A stretch of DNA of 45,343 nucleotides from a virus (lineage: Duplodnaviria > Caudoviricetes), in the IMG/VR virus record IMGVR_UViG_3300027790_000038, positions 1 through 45,343 of that record. The stretch is one strand, 5' to 3'. Below are positions 7,836-17,325 of the stretch, in pieces. Under the pieces are notes generated by a model. It did not search any database and was not told where the DNA came from. It was given only the letters and a program-made list of their open reading frames with translations. The translations under genes were made by a program, and so were the position numbers. How positions within the stretch are numbered: position 1 is the first letter of the stretch; each line of letters opens with the position of its first letter.

Positions 7836-9260
7836 TTATCTCCCCGTCAGAAAGCTCAGGAGCCCCCCACCGCCACCTGCGGTGAGCGCTCCACCAATGA
7901 TCCATCTACGCAGGCGCCGCATGTGTTGGTCCGTCTCGGCCTTCGACGTATCCCCAGCGGCGCGCTCCGCGGCCACCTGGCGCAGCTCCTGCATGAACCC
8001 CTCGAACGACTCATCGTCGGGGAAGTTCTGCCGCAGCTGACGCCGCGTAGATGGTCCCGCGTCCAGCATGTTGGTCAGCGGCGCGACGACCCCGGTCTCC
8101 CGGGCCTGCAGCCGCTGGACCATCTCGGAGATGCGCCCCTGCTGGTACGCTGCGCGCTCCGCTTCGTTGCTGAACTGGGCGAGCCGGCGCTCGAGCTGGT
8201 TGGCGCCGAGGTTCCACCCTTTCTCCCCGTCGAGGACGGCTTCCTTGATCCGGGATAGTCGGCGCCATTCCGCGTTGGCGGAGACGAACTCCTCACCGAA
8301 GACCTCTTCCATGATGTCCGTCAGTTCGTCCGCCTCATCGCTCAGGCCTTTACGGATCAGGCGCCGGCGGATATCCTGCACCTCGCTGAAGGAGGGCAGG
8401 CGGGACCCCTCGCTGATCTTGTCCCGCAGCTCCCGGGAGACGGCACCCACGACAGACCGCGTGTCCTTGTTGTCCGTCAGGCCACGGATGTACGTCGTGA
8501 TCGCGCCGTCATCGATCTCCGGGAACTCATCGTCCAGTTTGCTGAAGACCGTCTGGCTGATCTGCTCGAGACTCTGGTCGGCGACGGCGATGGCCTCGTT
8601 GGCCCCCGCCTGGACCCCGCTCAGCTCCTGCAGGGAGTCCGCGATGCGCGGCCCCGGCCCCGGTCGGTCAGGGTCCACGTTGCGCAGCCGGTTCATCAGG
8701 CTCTTGGCCCGGCCCCCGACAGCGCGAGCTGCGGCCCCACCCACGGGCGCAGCGACTCCGCCCGTCACGGCGCCCACACCCGCGCCGATCGCGGCACCCT
8801 GTGCGCGTTCGCCTTCCACGGACTCCCCCGCACCGAAGAGCGCACCCTCTAGCGCGCCCAGTCCCGCACCGGTGGCCGCCAGGCCCCGGGTGCTCTGTCC
8901 GCCACGCACTGCAGCCCCACCGACTCCAATGGGGAGAGCTGCGCCTCCGGCGATCTCTGACATCAGGGAAGCGCCCGGGTTGTTCGAACGCCGCACGGAC
9001 AGGTTCTGTCGTGAGCGCTCGCGTGCTTCGTCGCCGGCGAGCATGCCAATCATCTCATCTGCGAAACCGAAGGTGACGCCTTGCAGGGCCATACGCCCGA
9101 AGTCACCGACCGCTCCGCCGGGGATCTCGTTCACCTGTGCCAGACGCACCTCTTCCTGCTGCTCAGCGGGCAGACCGGCGACGAACGCATCGACCTCCTG
9201 CGACGTCGCGCCATTGGCCAGCGCGTCGTTGATGAAGAACAAGATCTCTTTGATGTCCAT
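7836..9260 (-). CDS. Putative internal virion / DNA ejection protein
   Basis: ALQGVTFGFADEMIG motif, Gly/Ala-rich hydrophobic segments and a helical C-terminus. Position fits the ejection block. Confidence 0.7.
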   Translation of the reverse strand: MDIKEILFFINDALANGATSQEVDAFVAGLPAEQQEEVRLAQVNEIPGGAVGDFGRMALQGVTFGFADEMIGMLAGDEARERSRQNLSVRRSNNPGASLMSEIAGGAALPIGVGGAAVRGGQSTRGLAATGAGLGALEGALFGAGESVEGERAQGAAIGAGVGAVTGGVAAPVGGAAARAVGGRAKSLMNRLRNVDPDRPGPGPRIADSLQELSGVQAGANEAIAVADQSLEQISQTVFSKLDDEFPEIDDGAITTYIRGLTDNKDTRSVVGAVSRELRDKISEGSRLPSFSEVQDIRRRLIRKGLSDEADELTDIMEEVFGEEFVSANAEWRRLSRIKEAVLDGEKGWNLGANQLERRLAQFSNEAERAAYQQGRISEMVQRLQARETGVVAPLTNMLDAGPSTRRQLRQNFPDDESFEGFMQELRQVAAERAAGDTSKAETDQHMRRLRRWIIGGALTAGGGGGLLSFLTGR

Positions 9261-9263
9261 CTA

Positions 9264-10295
9264 CTACCTCCCTGTCCCGACGGGCTGCCCCGTGATCGGG
9301 TTGATCGTGCCCACCGGGGGCCGGTCCGCGCCGGGACGCTCGTACGTTGGGTCCTGCCCCAGGAAGTCCGCGAACGGCTCGTAGGGGTTGAAGATGATCA
9401 GGTCCGCGTTCGCCCCACGCGCTTCAGCACGCCGGCGGAAAAGGTTGATCTGCTGCTGGAGCAGAGGGATCTGGCCCTTGACCAGACGACGCGTACGGTC
9501 CAGGAAGTCAGCCCGTACGTCGGCGGAGAAGGTCTCACCGTTCACCGCGCGGTTGTACAACGCGACGATGCGTGCCGGGACGGAGCCCGCTTCACGCGCC
9601 GTGGTCTGCTCACCCTCTCGTACCGAGCTGCCCGGGTCCAGGAGCTTCATGTATGCGAAGACCAGCGCCATGTCACCCGCGGCGGAGGGTGCCTCTCCGG
9701 ACGAGATGACACGCGCCAGTGCGCGCGAGACCTCAACGTCAGTCTCAATGGCCTTCGCGTATGCGGTCGCCAGTCGGTTCTCCTCCTCCGTCGCGTCGGG
9801 CGTCTTCAGGATCGTCTCCACGATCTTGGAGGGGTCCGTGGGGTCGTAGAAGACCACCCGGTCCCCGAGGTCGAGACGCTCCGGCGACGCCGGCGCGGTG
9901 TTGCGCTGCTGCTCGTCGAGCACCTCACCGATCGCCTTGGCGCCTTCGATGTTGCCCCGGCCCATCTCGAACCGGAAGGCCTCCTCGAGACTCGCGAGAT
10001 CACCGGGTGCCAGAATCTCCTGCAGAGTCGCCTGCTGGTTCTGCGCCTGCGCGCCTGCACGGGCAGCGCCACCTGCCTGCTGCCCCGCCAGTGCGCCCTG
10101 CGCGATCGCGCCCAGCGCCGTCGGCTGCAGGCCACCCGGTCCCGCACCCGGCTGGGATGCGAGGATCGTCCGGAGGCCGGCAGCGGTCAGCCCCTGCCCC
10201 ACTGCGCCCCGGTTCTGCTCCGGGGTGACCCCGGCAGCCTGCGGTCCCGTGAAGATGTTACTCCCCAGGAGCGCGAGCTTCTGGAAGAGATCCAT
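9264..10295 (-). CDS. Putative internal virion / DNA ejection protein
   Basis: AGDMALVFAYMKLLDPGSSVREGE motif seen in podovirus core proteins. Gly/Ala/Gln-rich N-terminus. Confidence 0.7.
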   Translation of the reverse strand: MDLFQKLALLGSNIFTGPQAAGVTPEQNRGAVGQGLTAAGLRTILASQPGAGPGGLQPTALGAIAQGALAGQQAGGAARAGAQAQNQQATLQEILAPGDLASLEEAFRFEMGRGNIEGAKAIGEVLDEQQRNTAPASPERLDLGDRVVFYDPTDPSKIVETILKTPDATEEENRLATAYAKAIETDVEVSRALARVISSGEAPSAAGDMALVFAYMKLLDPGSSVREGEQTTAREAGSVPARIVALYNRAVNGETFSADVRADFLDRTRRLVKGQIPLLQQQINLFRRRAEARGANADLIIFNPYEPFADFLGQDPTYERPGADRPPVGTINPITGQPVGTGR

Positions 10296-11035
10296 TATCC
10301 GACCCTCCCGAACCCAGTCAGGGGGTTACCCTGCGATCCCGGGAACAGAGGCGGCTGGTTGAACGGTACCGGCTGGAAGCTCGGCGAGCCCCCCAGCTGG
10401 GACCCCACAGCGGCCCCTCCCGGCCCACCGATGATGGCGCCCCCGACAGTCCCTGCCAGACCCGTGATGGTTCCAAGAGTGGACCCACGGTGCGTCTGCG
10501 TGTTGGTGTTCGTGAAACCCGTCGGCCCCAATCCGAGGTTCAGCATCTGCTGCGCCTGCTGCTGACGGAACAGCGGCTCCTGCGCTTGCCTCTCCCGGAG
10601 GGCGCGCTGGTACTCACTGAACTGGAGGCCCTGCGTCAGAGCGTTCTGGAACCCACTCGAGAGCAGTCCCCCAATCTGGGAGGTCTGCGCTCGGTCGATT
10701 TCACCCAGGCGCGTACCCTGCGCGACACCTTGTCGGCTCCCACCGAACGCGCCGGCGGCAGTCGCGCCCTGGTTCACACCTACCTGGGCCTGCCCCCGGA
10801 GGTTGTCGAACTCATCCCGCACCCCGCCGATCACCTGATCCATGTAGGGGTTCAGGAAAGGCGCGATCTGGTCCTGAATCGAACGCGTGTCCGGCCCCAG
10901 GAAGAAGTTCCCGGGCGTGTTCAACGCCACACCCGCCCCACCCCGGGCGTGCTGTCGCATCTGATCCACGTATGCCTGTGACTGGGGGTCAAGCCCCTGT
11001 TCGGTTACGACTTCCTGTGTGCTCTCCTTGCTCAT
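10295..11035 (-). CDS. Putative DNA transfer / pilot ejection protein
   Basis: Coupled ATG at 11035. NPYMDQVI and AAGAFGGSRQGVAQG motifs, Gln-rich, with a Gly-rich hydrophobic C-terminus. Confidence 0.72.
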   Translation of the reverse strand: MSKESTQEVVTEQGLDPQSQAYVDQMRQHARGGAGVALNTPGNFFLGPDTRSIQDQIAPFLNPYMDQVIGGVRDEFDNLRGQAQVGVNQGATAAGAFGGSRQGVAQGTRLGEIDRAQTSQIGGLLSSGFQNALTQGLQFSEYQRALRERQAQEPLFRQQQAQQMLNLGLGPTGFTNTNTQTHRGSTLGTITGLAGTVGGAIIGGPGGAAVGSQLGGSPSFQPVPFNQPPLFPGSQGNPLTGFGRVG

Positions 11036-11400
11036 ATCTGAGGGATCTCCCGTCCCATGACCGTCAGCTGCTCCGACCATCCATGGTCAGCCAACGCCTT
11101 CACCCATCCACGCCGCCCCGACAGGGTTGCCATCGTGCAACCCTTCGTTCGGCCCCATTCGATCACCTCTTCACTGAGAGTGATCACGTCCTTGAGTTTT
11201 CCCGTCGCCAGCCAGAAATGTAGCACCCGCTTCCGGGGTGCGTCATTGATCTGAGTGACTATCATGGCCCGATCGGCCCGCCACACCTGCGCTTTCCCTG
11301 CGTCGATCAGGTCAGCGACGTCACCCAACGTGTACGTTTCACCACCATGGGACAGGGCATCCACCAGTCCCTCGAAGTGATCGGACATGTATGCGCTCAC
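11032..11400 (-). CDS. Small GNAT-fold virion assembly protein (position of P22 gp14 / T7 gp13)
   Basis: GTGA-coupled start. LHFWLATG...WGRTKGC...LSGRRGWVKAL, directly before the ejection genes. Confidence 0.7.
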   Translation of the reverse strand: MSAYMSDHFEGLVDALSHGGETYTLGDVADLIDAGKAQVWRADRAMIVTQINDAPRKRVLHFWLATGKLKDVITLSEEVIEWGRTKGCTMATLSGRRGWVKALADHGWSEQLTVMGREIPQI

Positions 11401-12326
11401 GATCCCTGCGCCAATGTCAACACATACGTGTACTCCCACTCCTCGCCGGCGCCTTTCGTCCCGCAGCCGTCGCCGTTCGTCTTGCACCCACCGTACCGGA
11501 TGTCCACCGTACCGGAATAGGTACCAGCGCTGACGCTGAGACTGATCTCCGTCTTGTCCCACGCCCCTTCATAGTCACCATCCACGACGGTCCAGACGAG
11601 CGTGATGGTGTTCGCGCTGGTGTCTACGGAAGGCGCCGCGTCGGGCTGTTGGCCCGAGGAATCGAGCCCCACATCGCTGCTCGTGAACGGACGGAACCAG
11701 GTGTCCGTCTCGTCCATATGGAGACTACGGTCACCTGCGATCAACTCCAGCAGGTCCTGCAGACCCGAAGAGGTGAAGTCCGTGTCGGTGGAGTACAGCT
11801 CCATGTATACCGACCACTGCCAGTTCTCTGTGCTGGGCTTCGTGCCCTCGCTGACCGTGATCTGTGAGATCTTGACTTCGGACCCGGGTGCTGCGTTGGG
11901 GTCCTCATACCAAAACTCGAGCGTGTTCTGGTTCGTCCGCGTGGACGCGGAGATGTCGTGGAACTCCCACACGTACGCTGCGGTCGGGGCGGACTTCGTC
12001 GTCGTCCCGTTCGTAGGACCCGCGTCCGTCCCTTTCTGCAGGAACACATTCGATCCCGTGTAGACCCCACCCGCGCTGTTGATGACGATCGTTGCGTTGG
12101 TGGCGTCCAGGTGCTTCGTGCTGTCCCCCGTGATCAGTTGCAGGAAGAGGTCGATACCTCCCGCTTCCATCGTATTCAACTTCCGCTCGGAGCGTCCCAC
12201 GCACTCACCCGTCTCGCGATCGAAACGCTGCAGCACCACACTGGTGCGTACACCGAGTTCGATGTTGCGGGTGCGCCGCTTCCGGAGGAAGCTGTGCTCG
12301 CCAACGTTACCACACTCTCTGTTCAT
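11397..12326 (-). CDS. Putative tail/fibre-associated protein with an internal duplication
   Basis: Thr/Ser/Gly-rich and beta-like. Two related segments, GIDLFLQLITGDSTKHLD and GLQDLLELIAGDRSLHMD. Confidence 0.55.
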   Translation of the reverse strand: MNRECGNVGEHSFLRKRRTRNIELGVRTSVVLQRFDRETGECVGRSERKLNTMEAGGIDLFLQLITGDSTKHLDATNATIVINSAGGVYTGSNVFLQKGTDAGPTNGTTTKSAPTAAYVWEFHDISASTRTNQNTLEFWYEDPNAAPGSEVKISQITVSEGTKPSTENWQWSVYMELYSTDTDFTSSGLQDLLELIAGDRSLHMDETDTWFRPFTSSDVGLDSSGQQPDAAPSVDTSANTITLVWTVVDGDYEGAWDKTEISLSVSAGTYSGTVDIRYGGCKTNGDGCGTKGAGEEWEYTYVLTLAQGS

Positions 12327-13238
12327 CTACTCGACTCCGACTGTGTACTCGTTCGTGTTGAGGGGCGTCCCCGCCGTCCCCGACTGGGAGTCCATCGGGT
12401 ATGGTGTGATCCGGAACTGAAGGACGTCATCCTCGCTGAGTCCCGTCACGTAGTTCGTGATATATCCGCTCGTGCTGGGGCTCGTGTCCTGATTCTGATG
12501 GAAGGTCCAGGAGCCGCTGTTGACGCGGTAGTGGATCTGCGTGCTCTGGCAGAACGCACCTGTGGTGTACCTGCACCGGCCCCCATCGGACGTCTCGTCC
12601 GCCGCGGATATGGTGCCGGAAGAGATCACCGCCGTGGGGTATGTGATGTCCACGGACAGCGCTTCGCTCGCTGCCACCAGCTCCCGAGCGGACTTCGACA
12701 CCAGACGGCTCACCTTCGTCAGCGCGTACCGGTCCAGAATGCTGGCCGTCTCTGACGCGCTCGCGGTCCGCGCGGTGCGCACCAGACTCTCCGACGCCCG
12801 GATCAACTCCCGGGCGGACTTCAGGACCGTCCGGTCCACCTTCGTCAGCGCGTACCGGTCGAGGATCCGTGCCGTTTCGGTCACCTGCACCCGCACGGCG
12901 CGCGTCATACTCTCGCTCGCTTGGATCAGCTCCCGGGCGGACTTCAGAACCGTACGGCTCACCTTCGACAACGCATACCGGTCGAGGACGCTGATCGTCT
13001 CCGACGCGCTGTATGCCTGCTCTCGATCGCGCGTGGCCAGCCCGTAGCTGTCCAACACACTCATGGTCTCCTCGAGCGTGTTCTGCTCGTCGGAGGAGGG
13101 GAAGACTTTGCGCCAGAGCATTCCGTCCCAGACGTAGGCTTCTACGGCTGCGACCCACGCGCTGCCATCCCAGACCCACCACTGCTCGGTGCCGGCCTGC
13201 CACGCCGCACCGTCCCACCAGCTGCTCGCGTCCGCCAT
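12327..13238 (-). CDS. Putative tail fibre with tandem 41-42-aa repeats and an FN3/Ig-like C-terminus
   Basis: N-terminal WDG repeats, three ETxxILDRYALxKVxRxVxKSARELxxASE units, and C-terminal VTGLSEDDVLQFRITPY. Confidence 0.65.
   Translation of the reverse strand: MADASSWWDGAAWQAGTEQWWVWDGSAWVAAVEAYVWDGMLWRKVFPSSDEQNTLEETMSVLDSYGLATRDREQAYSASETISVLDRYALSKVSRTVLKSARELIQASESMTRAVRVQVTETARILDRYALTKVDRTVLKSARELIRASESLVRTARTASASETASILDRYALTKVSRLVSKSARELVAASEALSVDITYPTAVISSGTISAADETSDGGRCRYTTGAFCQSTQIHYRVNSGSWTFHQNQDTSPSTSGYITNYVTGLSEDDVLQFRITPYPMDSQSGTAGTPLNTNEYTVGVE
12665..13010. repeat. Three imperfect tandem coding repeats (periods 126 and 123 bp)
   Basis: CTCCCG(A/G)GCGGACTTC...CACCTTCG...TACCGGTC recurs near 12680, 12806 and 12929. 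Confidence 0.9.
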
Positions 13239-13439
13239 TCATGACACCCGGATCCAGAGGGATCCCGGCCCCTGCGGGGGCGTCCCGGAGGGGGTGGACG
13301 TCGAGATCGTCACGAAATCTTCGGGGCGGGCCTGCTGCATGTCGCGCAGGACGCGCTCCACTTCACGACGGAACTGCGCTTCGTTCTCGGCGCTGTACTG
13401 GTGTGGGGCGATCGGTAGTGAAGGGACGTACGCTCTCAT
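13239..13439 (-). CDS. Small tail protein following the nozzle gene
   Basis: ATGA-coupled start. LPIAPHQYSAENEAQFRREVER. Confidence 0.6.
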   Translation of the reverse strand: MRAYVPSLPIAPHQYSAENEAQFRREVERVLRDMQQARPEDFVTISTSTPSGTPPQGPGSLWIRVS

Positions 13440-14941
13440 CGCATGCCCCCCGCCTTCAGGTCCAGTCGCGGCGTCCCGAATCTCCACCCGGGATTCACCT
13501 GCTCAACCTCGATGCGCATCTGACGCGCCTCTAGTCGCAAGTTGACCACTTCAGTGGCCGCGTATGGACCGTTGACCGTCTCAGCGCTCATCGGGCCATC
13601 GGCGGTGTGGATCTTGAACTGGAGATCACCGAGGGTGGCCTCATCGGGGTATATGTCATCGAGGTGCATGACGTTGTCTCCCTGCCCCAGTTCGACCGGT
13701 CCAGATTCGGCGTAGATTTCTATCGCGGCGTCCGCGGGGTCGAGGTAGCTCACGCCACTCTCGTGCTGGTAGATGTCTCCGGAAGCGTCAGAGCTGATCG
13801 GGTAGTCCAGGATCCCCTGGTCCACCCCACCCGTGCGCTCGAGCGCTCCGAAATACCAGATGCCCAGCGCGTAGTTGTACGTCACGTAGCGGTCGCACTC
13901 GGTGCTCGTCGCGCTGGGGTAGTACCAGGTGACCTCACCGAACTGTGAGCGTTTCTCACACCAGATCTTGGATGCCTGCGTACGGTTCAGGTCATTGAAG
14001 ACGAAGTCCCCGACGTCACTGTGCAGGCGCCGCACGCTCCCATCGTACATGTAGAATCCGCGCGGCCCCATCCAGAAGGCCTTCGAATCGACAACCTGCC
14101 ACGCCATACGGCTGGCAGCTCCTCCCTTCCCTACTTCAGGGATCGTGTAGACGAGGACACCCCCGATGAACCGCATCGCGTACAACGCGGTATCCGTCCA
14201 GATGAGGGTCTCGGAGCGCGTACGCTGCCCGCCCATGATCTGCCCCTCCATCGCCAGATCGAGGTCGCCAGCTTGGTTCGTGTTCGCTGCGGTCCAGATC
14301 GTTGGGTCGTCCTGGTCCGCCCAGGCCACGTTCTTCGGGTCCCCGTCGGCGCCCAAGGCGACGACGAATTTCTCCGGGGTCACGACCACCCCCAAATTAC
14401 TCGTTGGGGCGTTCGACAAGGCCGCAGCGGGTGTGCCTACGCCCACCGAGCGGTCCCAGTACAGGAGCTGCCCGTCCGAGAGCGCGACCGCGACAAGGTC
14501 CTCACCGTAGTTGTCCATCTGCCAGCTGTTCGCCTCCACCAGTGTGTCCACAGAGGCGTCCCCCACACCATACGCGCCGGCGCCGTACGCGCCCTGCCCG
14601 AAGGCCCCAGAGGTCTGCGTGGCGTCCACCCCACCCGTGGTGAAGGAGACGGGGGTGATGTCCGTCAGGACCCCCTCTTCGAAATGGTACAGCTTCGTGG
14701 CCGTCCCTAGGGCCACCTGCGGGGTCCGTAGATCCCGGCGCCACACGTGGGCGCCCCGTACGGGATTCCCGACGTTCACGTCCGCGGGTGCGGACGTCTG
14801 GAGCTTCTGCCAGCCACCGATTGGCTGCATGACCCCTTCGAACCACCGAACCAGATTGCCGTCGTACCACCGACCCTTGGACTCGTAGAGCGTGCCCGGG
14901 CGGGACATGCCCGGCTGGAGCTTCATTGGAACACGTGCCAT
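13436..14941 (-). CDS. Head-closure / tail nozzle protein (P22 gp10-like, packaged DNA stabilisation)
   Basis: 501 aa with a beta-propeller-like pattern. WYDGNLVRW, VAWADQDDPTIW...NQAGD and GEVTWYYPS...CDRYVTYNY. Confidence 0.8.
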   Translation of the reverse strand: MARVPMKLQPGMSRPGTLYESKGRWYDGNLVRWFEGVMQPIGGWQKLQTSAPADVNVGNPVRGAHVWRRDLRTPQVALGTATKLYHFEEGVLTDITPVSFTTGGVDATQTSGAFGQGAYGAGAYGVGDASVDTLVEANSWQMDNYGEDLVAVALSDGQLLYWDRSVGVGTPAAALSNAPTSNLGVVVTPEKFVVALGADGDPKNVAWADQDDPTIWTAANTNQAGDLDLAMEGQIMGGQRTRSETLIWTDTALYAMRFIGGVLVYTIPEVGKGGAASRMAWQVVDSKAFWMGPRGFYMYDGSVRRLHSDVGDFVFNDLNRTQASKIWCEKRSQFGEVTWYYPSATSTECDRYVTYNYALGIWYFGALERTGGVDQGILDYPISSDASGDIYQHESGVSYLDPADAAIEIYAESGPVELGQGDNVMHLDDIYPDEATLGDLQFKIHTADGPMSAETVNGPYAATEVVNLRLEARQMRIEVEQVNPGWRFGTPRLDLKAGGMR

Positions 14942-15339
14942 CAGTTCTCCACTCTCTGTGCGTGTCTACCTTTCGGGTCGTACTCGACGTGGATGTGAGG
15001 CGCTCGCCCTCGATACCGAGGGTCATGAGACGCCGGCCCTTCCACCACGACGTCAAAGTCTTCACCCAGGACGCCCTGCAGCCTGCGGGCGAAGGCTCGC
15101 TGCTCCGCCTGCTTCATGTGGTACCATGTGCCGTCATCGAGCTGGAAACGAACACCGAGGTCCATCGCCCTCCCCACCGGGTGGAGAGAAGACCCTCCCG
15201 GTGACTGTGGTCGCATGCCGGAAGTGATCCGTAGGTCCGCCCGAAACCGCTGCCTGTGCAGGATACGCGCTTCGGCGCGTGCCATCCACATCGCGGGGTG
15301 CATGTCCGGAGACCACCCCGCGTCAGAGAAGACGGTCAT
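14941..15339 (-). CDS. Endolysin, peptidase M15-like Zn peptidase
   Basis: ITSGMR...SLHPVGRAMD...PHIHVEYDP (H, D and HxH ligands). Coupled ATG at 15339. Confidence 0.82.
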   Translation of the reverse strand: MTVFSDAGWSPDMHPAMWMARAEARILHRQRFRADLRITSGMRPQSPGGSSLHPVGRAMDLGVRFQLDDGTWYHMKQAEQRAFARRLQGVLGEDFDVVVEGPASHDPRYRGRAPHIHVEYDPKGRHAQRVEN

Positions 15340-15518
15340 CGATTGCGGGAGTCCTCCCATGCGACCATCGCCGACGTCCCGAGCAGGGCCACGGACAGCC
15401 ACATTGCATATGCTTCGAAGGCCGCGCCAAGGTGCCACGCAGCTGCGCTCACGAGCGTCGCGTACAGGTATCCGTTGAACTGCTTCCGCCCCCCGACTTT
15501 CTCGAAAAAGGATTTCAT
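15336..15518 (-). CDS. Putative holin
   Basis: 60 aa, GGRK N-terminus and two hydrophobic helices, directly upstream of the endolysin. Confidence 0.65.
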   Translation of the reverse strand: MKSFFEKVGGRKQFNGYLYATLVSAAAWHLGAAFEAYAMWLSVALLGTSAMVAWEDSRNR

Positions 15519-15844
15519 CGCGGGTCTCTTTGTAGCTCCGCGACCGCCCTCTCCAATTCCAACATCCGTGCCTCCTGAATTTGAAACATCGTCAGTGCCC
15601 CCGCATTTGGTGGCCCCGACTCCATCTCTCTGCGCATCTGCAGCGCGTCCGCCACCGTGAACCGGTTCCCCTCAACGACCGCTGCGCTGGTACGAAGGAC
15701 GGCGAGTTCCGTCCGCATGCCCGCCACGTCCTCCGCCATACTACTGATCGAAGCCGCTACCCACGCGGAGAAAGAGAGCGCCACAGCCGAAACGATCGTG
15801 AGGATACGGTTGTCCAACGTGAACACAGAATTTGCTTCGGACAC
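15515..15844 (-). CDS. Single-TM coiled-coil protein of the lysis cassette
   Basis: GTG start at 15844 after a GGAG RBS. One TM helix followed by heptad-like sequence. Confidence 0.6.
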   Translation of the reverse strand: MSEANSVFTLDNRILTIVSAVALSFSAWVAASISSMAEDVAGMRTELAVLRTSAAVVEGNRFTVADALQMRREMESGPPNAGALTMFQIQEARMLELERAVAELQRDPR

Positions 15845-15848
15845 CTTC

Positions 15849-16172
15849 TTACTCCTCCGTGAAGACTTGCGCCCATGCGCTCGTCTGACCATTGCGGATA
15901 TGCCGCACCCACCACCCACCAGAGGTGGAGCCCCCCGTCTCGTATGTAGTCGTCCCCGGAGCCACCGAAGTGGTAACACTCGAAGGCTCCCCACTCGCAG
16001 CATAACCAATCTGCGTGTTCGCGAGGACGTCGCCGTTCGCCCACGACAACCCGACCAGAGAGCCACCGTACGTGTACTCCAGTCCGGAAGTGGGCGGCCC
16101 CGAAGGAGGGTCCCCCGGATCGACTTCGTCGTCCACCGCGTGGTGCATCATGGTGGCCACCATGGCCATCAT
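15849..16172 (-). CDS. Small FN3-like virion protein
   Basis: Coupled ATG. VGLSWAN...APGTTTY...WWVRHIRNG beta pattern. Confidence 0.55.
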   Translation of the reverse strand: MMAMVATMMHHAVDDEVDPGDPPSGPPTSGLEYTYGGSLVGLSWANGDVLANTQIGYAASGEPSSVTTSVAPGTTTYETGGSTSGGWWVRHIRNGQTSAWAQVFTEE

Positions 16173-16699
16173 CGGCTGTCCTCCTGTGTCAGGGCGCCAC
16201 GCCACGTGGTGCCTCCGTCACGGGTGTAGAAGCTCAAGACGTCCACACCGCTGGAGGTCAGGGTAGGCTCGATGTTGCCCGGCCACTTGATGGAGGATGG
16301 CCACGTGATCGTCTGCGAGCCACCGTTGGTGATTTCGAGGACCACGAAGACGGCCTTGCCCGTGGCGGGAGTGTTGGAGAAGGTGATCGAGGTCACATCC
16401 CCCGTCACCGTCCCGTAGAAGAACCGCGCCGCAGACAGGTCGAAGGTTACCGCGCCAGTCAGGTTGCCGGAGTCGACGACGTCGTACTTGTCCGTCTTGA
16501 CCGTCACCTCACCCGTCAACACCCCACCCGCGAGAGGGAGAGCCGCATCGGCTACGTCTGAGACCGCTTGGAGGACCGCGTCGATACCGGTGACGTCATC
16601 CCCGATGATCGCGTTGAGCAGGGCGCCCCACGCGCCCACGTCGCCCGCGACGTCGGGGAGGTTCCAGTTGTAGTTGTCAGTCGGGTCTTGCGTGGCCAT
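16169..16699 (-). CDS. Short tail fibre protein
   Basis: N-terminal TDNYNWNLPDVAGD..AWG anchor. C-terminal ITWPSSIKWPG..PTLT..GVDVLSFYT.DGGTTWRG domain, common in phage fibres. Confidence 0.75.
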   Translation of the reverse strand: MATQDPTDNYNWNLPDVAGDVGAWGALLNAIIGDDVTGIDAVLQAVSDVADAALPLAGGVLTGEVTVKTDKYDVVDSGNLTGAVTFDLSAARFFYGTVTGDVTSITFSNTPATGKAVFVVLEITNGGSQTITWPSSIKWPGNIEPTLTSSGVDVLSFYTRDGGTTWRGALTQEDSR

Positions 16700-16707
16700 A
16701 CGTTACC

Positions 16708-17325
16708 TCAGCCGATCGGCGTGTAGTGTCGGCGGGAGCTGCCCCCACCGAACTGGTTGTCCTGTGTCAGAGCATGCAGCTCCTCGAGCGCTTGCTCGTA
16801 CCTGCGTTCCCACACAGCGACGCGTGTGTCGTCTTTGAGGAATGGAGCGCTCTCCAGGAGCGAGCCATACAAGTAGATGTCTGGGTGGTCCTCGAGCATC
16901 CAGTTGGTCGTGTTCGAGTCACTGAGCGGGTCCAGCTTACGCCAGTACGAGAACTTCAGGGAGTACGTGGCGTCCGGAGCCGGCCCGAAACGGATGATGG
17001 TGTCCAGGATGGCGCCGTGGGAAGGCACACCCGTGGTGCCCAGTCTCGCCTTGATCTCCGGGATGCGATCCGCCGGAACGATCTGGATCTCGCCGAAGTA
17101 GGTCGGCCCCCCATGAGTCAGCGACTCCAGCGAACGGAAGTCACTAGGGAGTGTGTGGTCCCCCGTGCTGGCAGACAACGTCGTGTTCTGCAGCTTACGC
17201 GCCCGACGGTCACGCCGCAGGCGGGACTCGAGCAGCTGGATGAACTCCGGGATCTGGGATGTCAGATTCGTCTTGATCAGCCACGTTGCGATCGATGTTT
17301 GTAGTTCCGAGTAGGTCGTGATCAC
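16708..17325 (-). CDS. Head-tail adaptor protein
   Basis: GTGA-coupled. ITTYSELQTSIATWL...IPEFIQL.ESRLRR and TTNWMLEDHPDIYLYGSLLESAPFLKDD.RV.VW. Confidence 0.85.
   Translation of the reverse strand: MITTYSELQTSIATWLIKTNLTSQIPEFIQLLESRLRRDRRARKLQNTTLSASTGDHTLPSDFRSLESLTHGGPTYFGEIQIVPADRIPEIKARLGTTGVPSHGAILDTIIRFGPAPDATYSLKFSYWRKLDPLSDSNTTNWMLEDHPDIYLYGSLLESAPFLKDDTRVAVWERRYEQALEELHALTQDNQFGGGSSRRHYTPIG

Noticed and set aside
12665-13010. Repeats as a diversity-generating retroelement TR/VR pair or a CRISPR array
   Set aside because: They are in-frame coding repeats with no spacers and no adenine-specific variation. No reverse transcriptase or cas operon is present.
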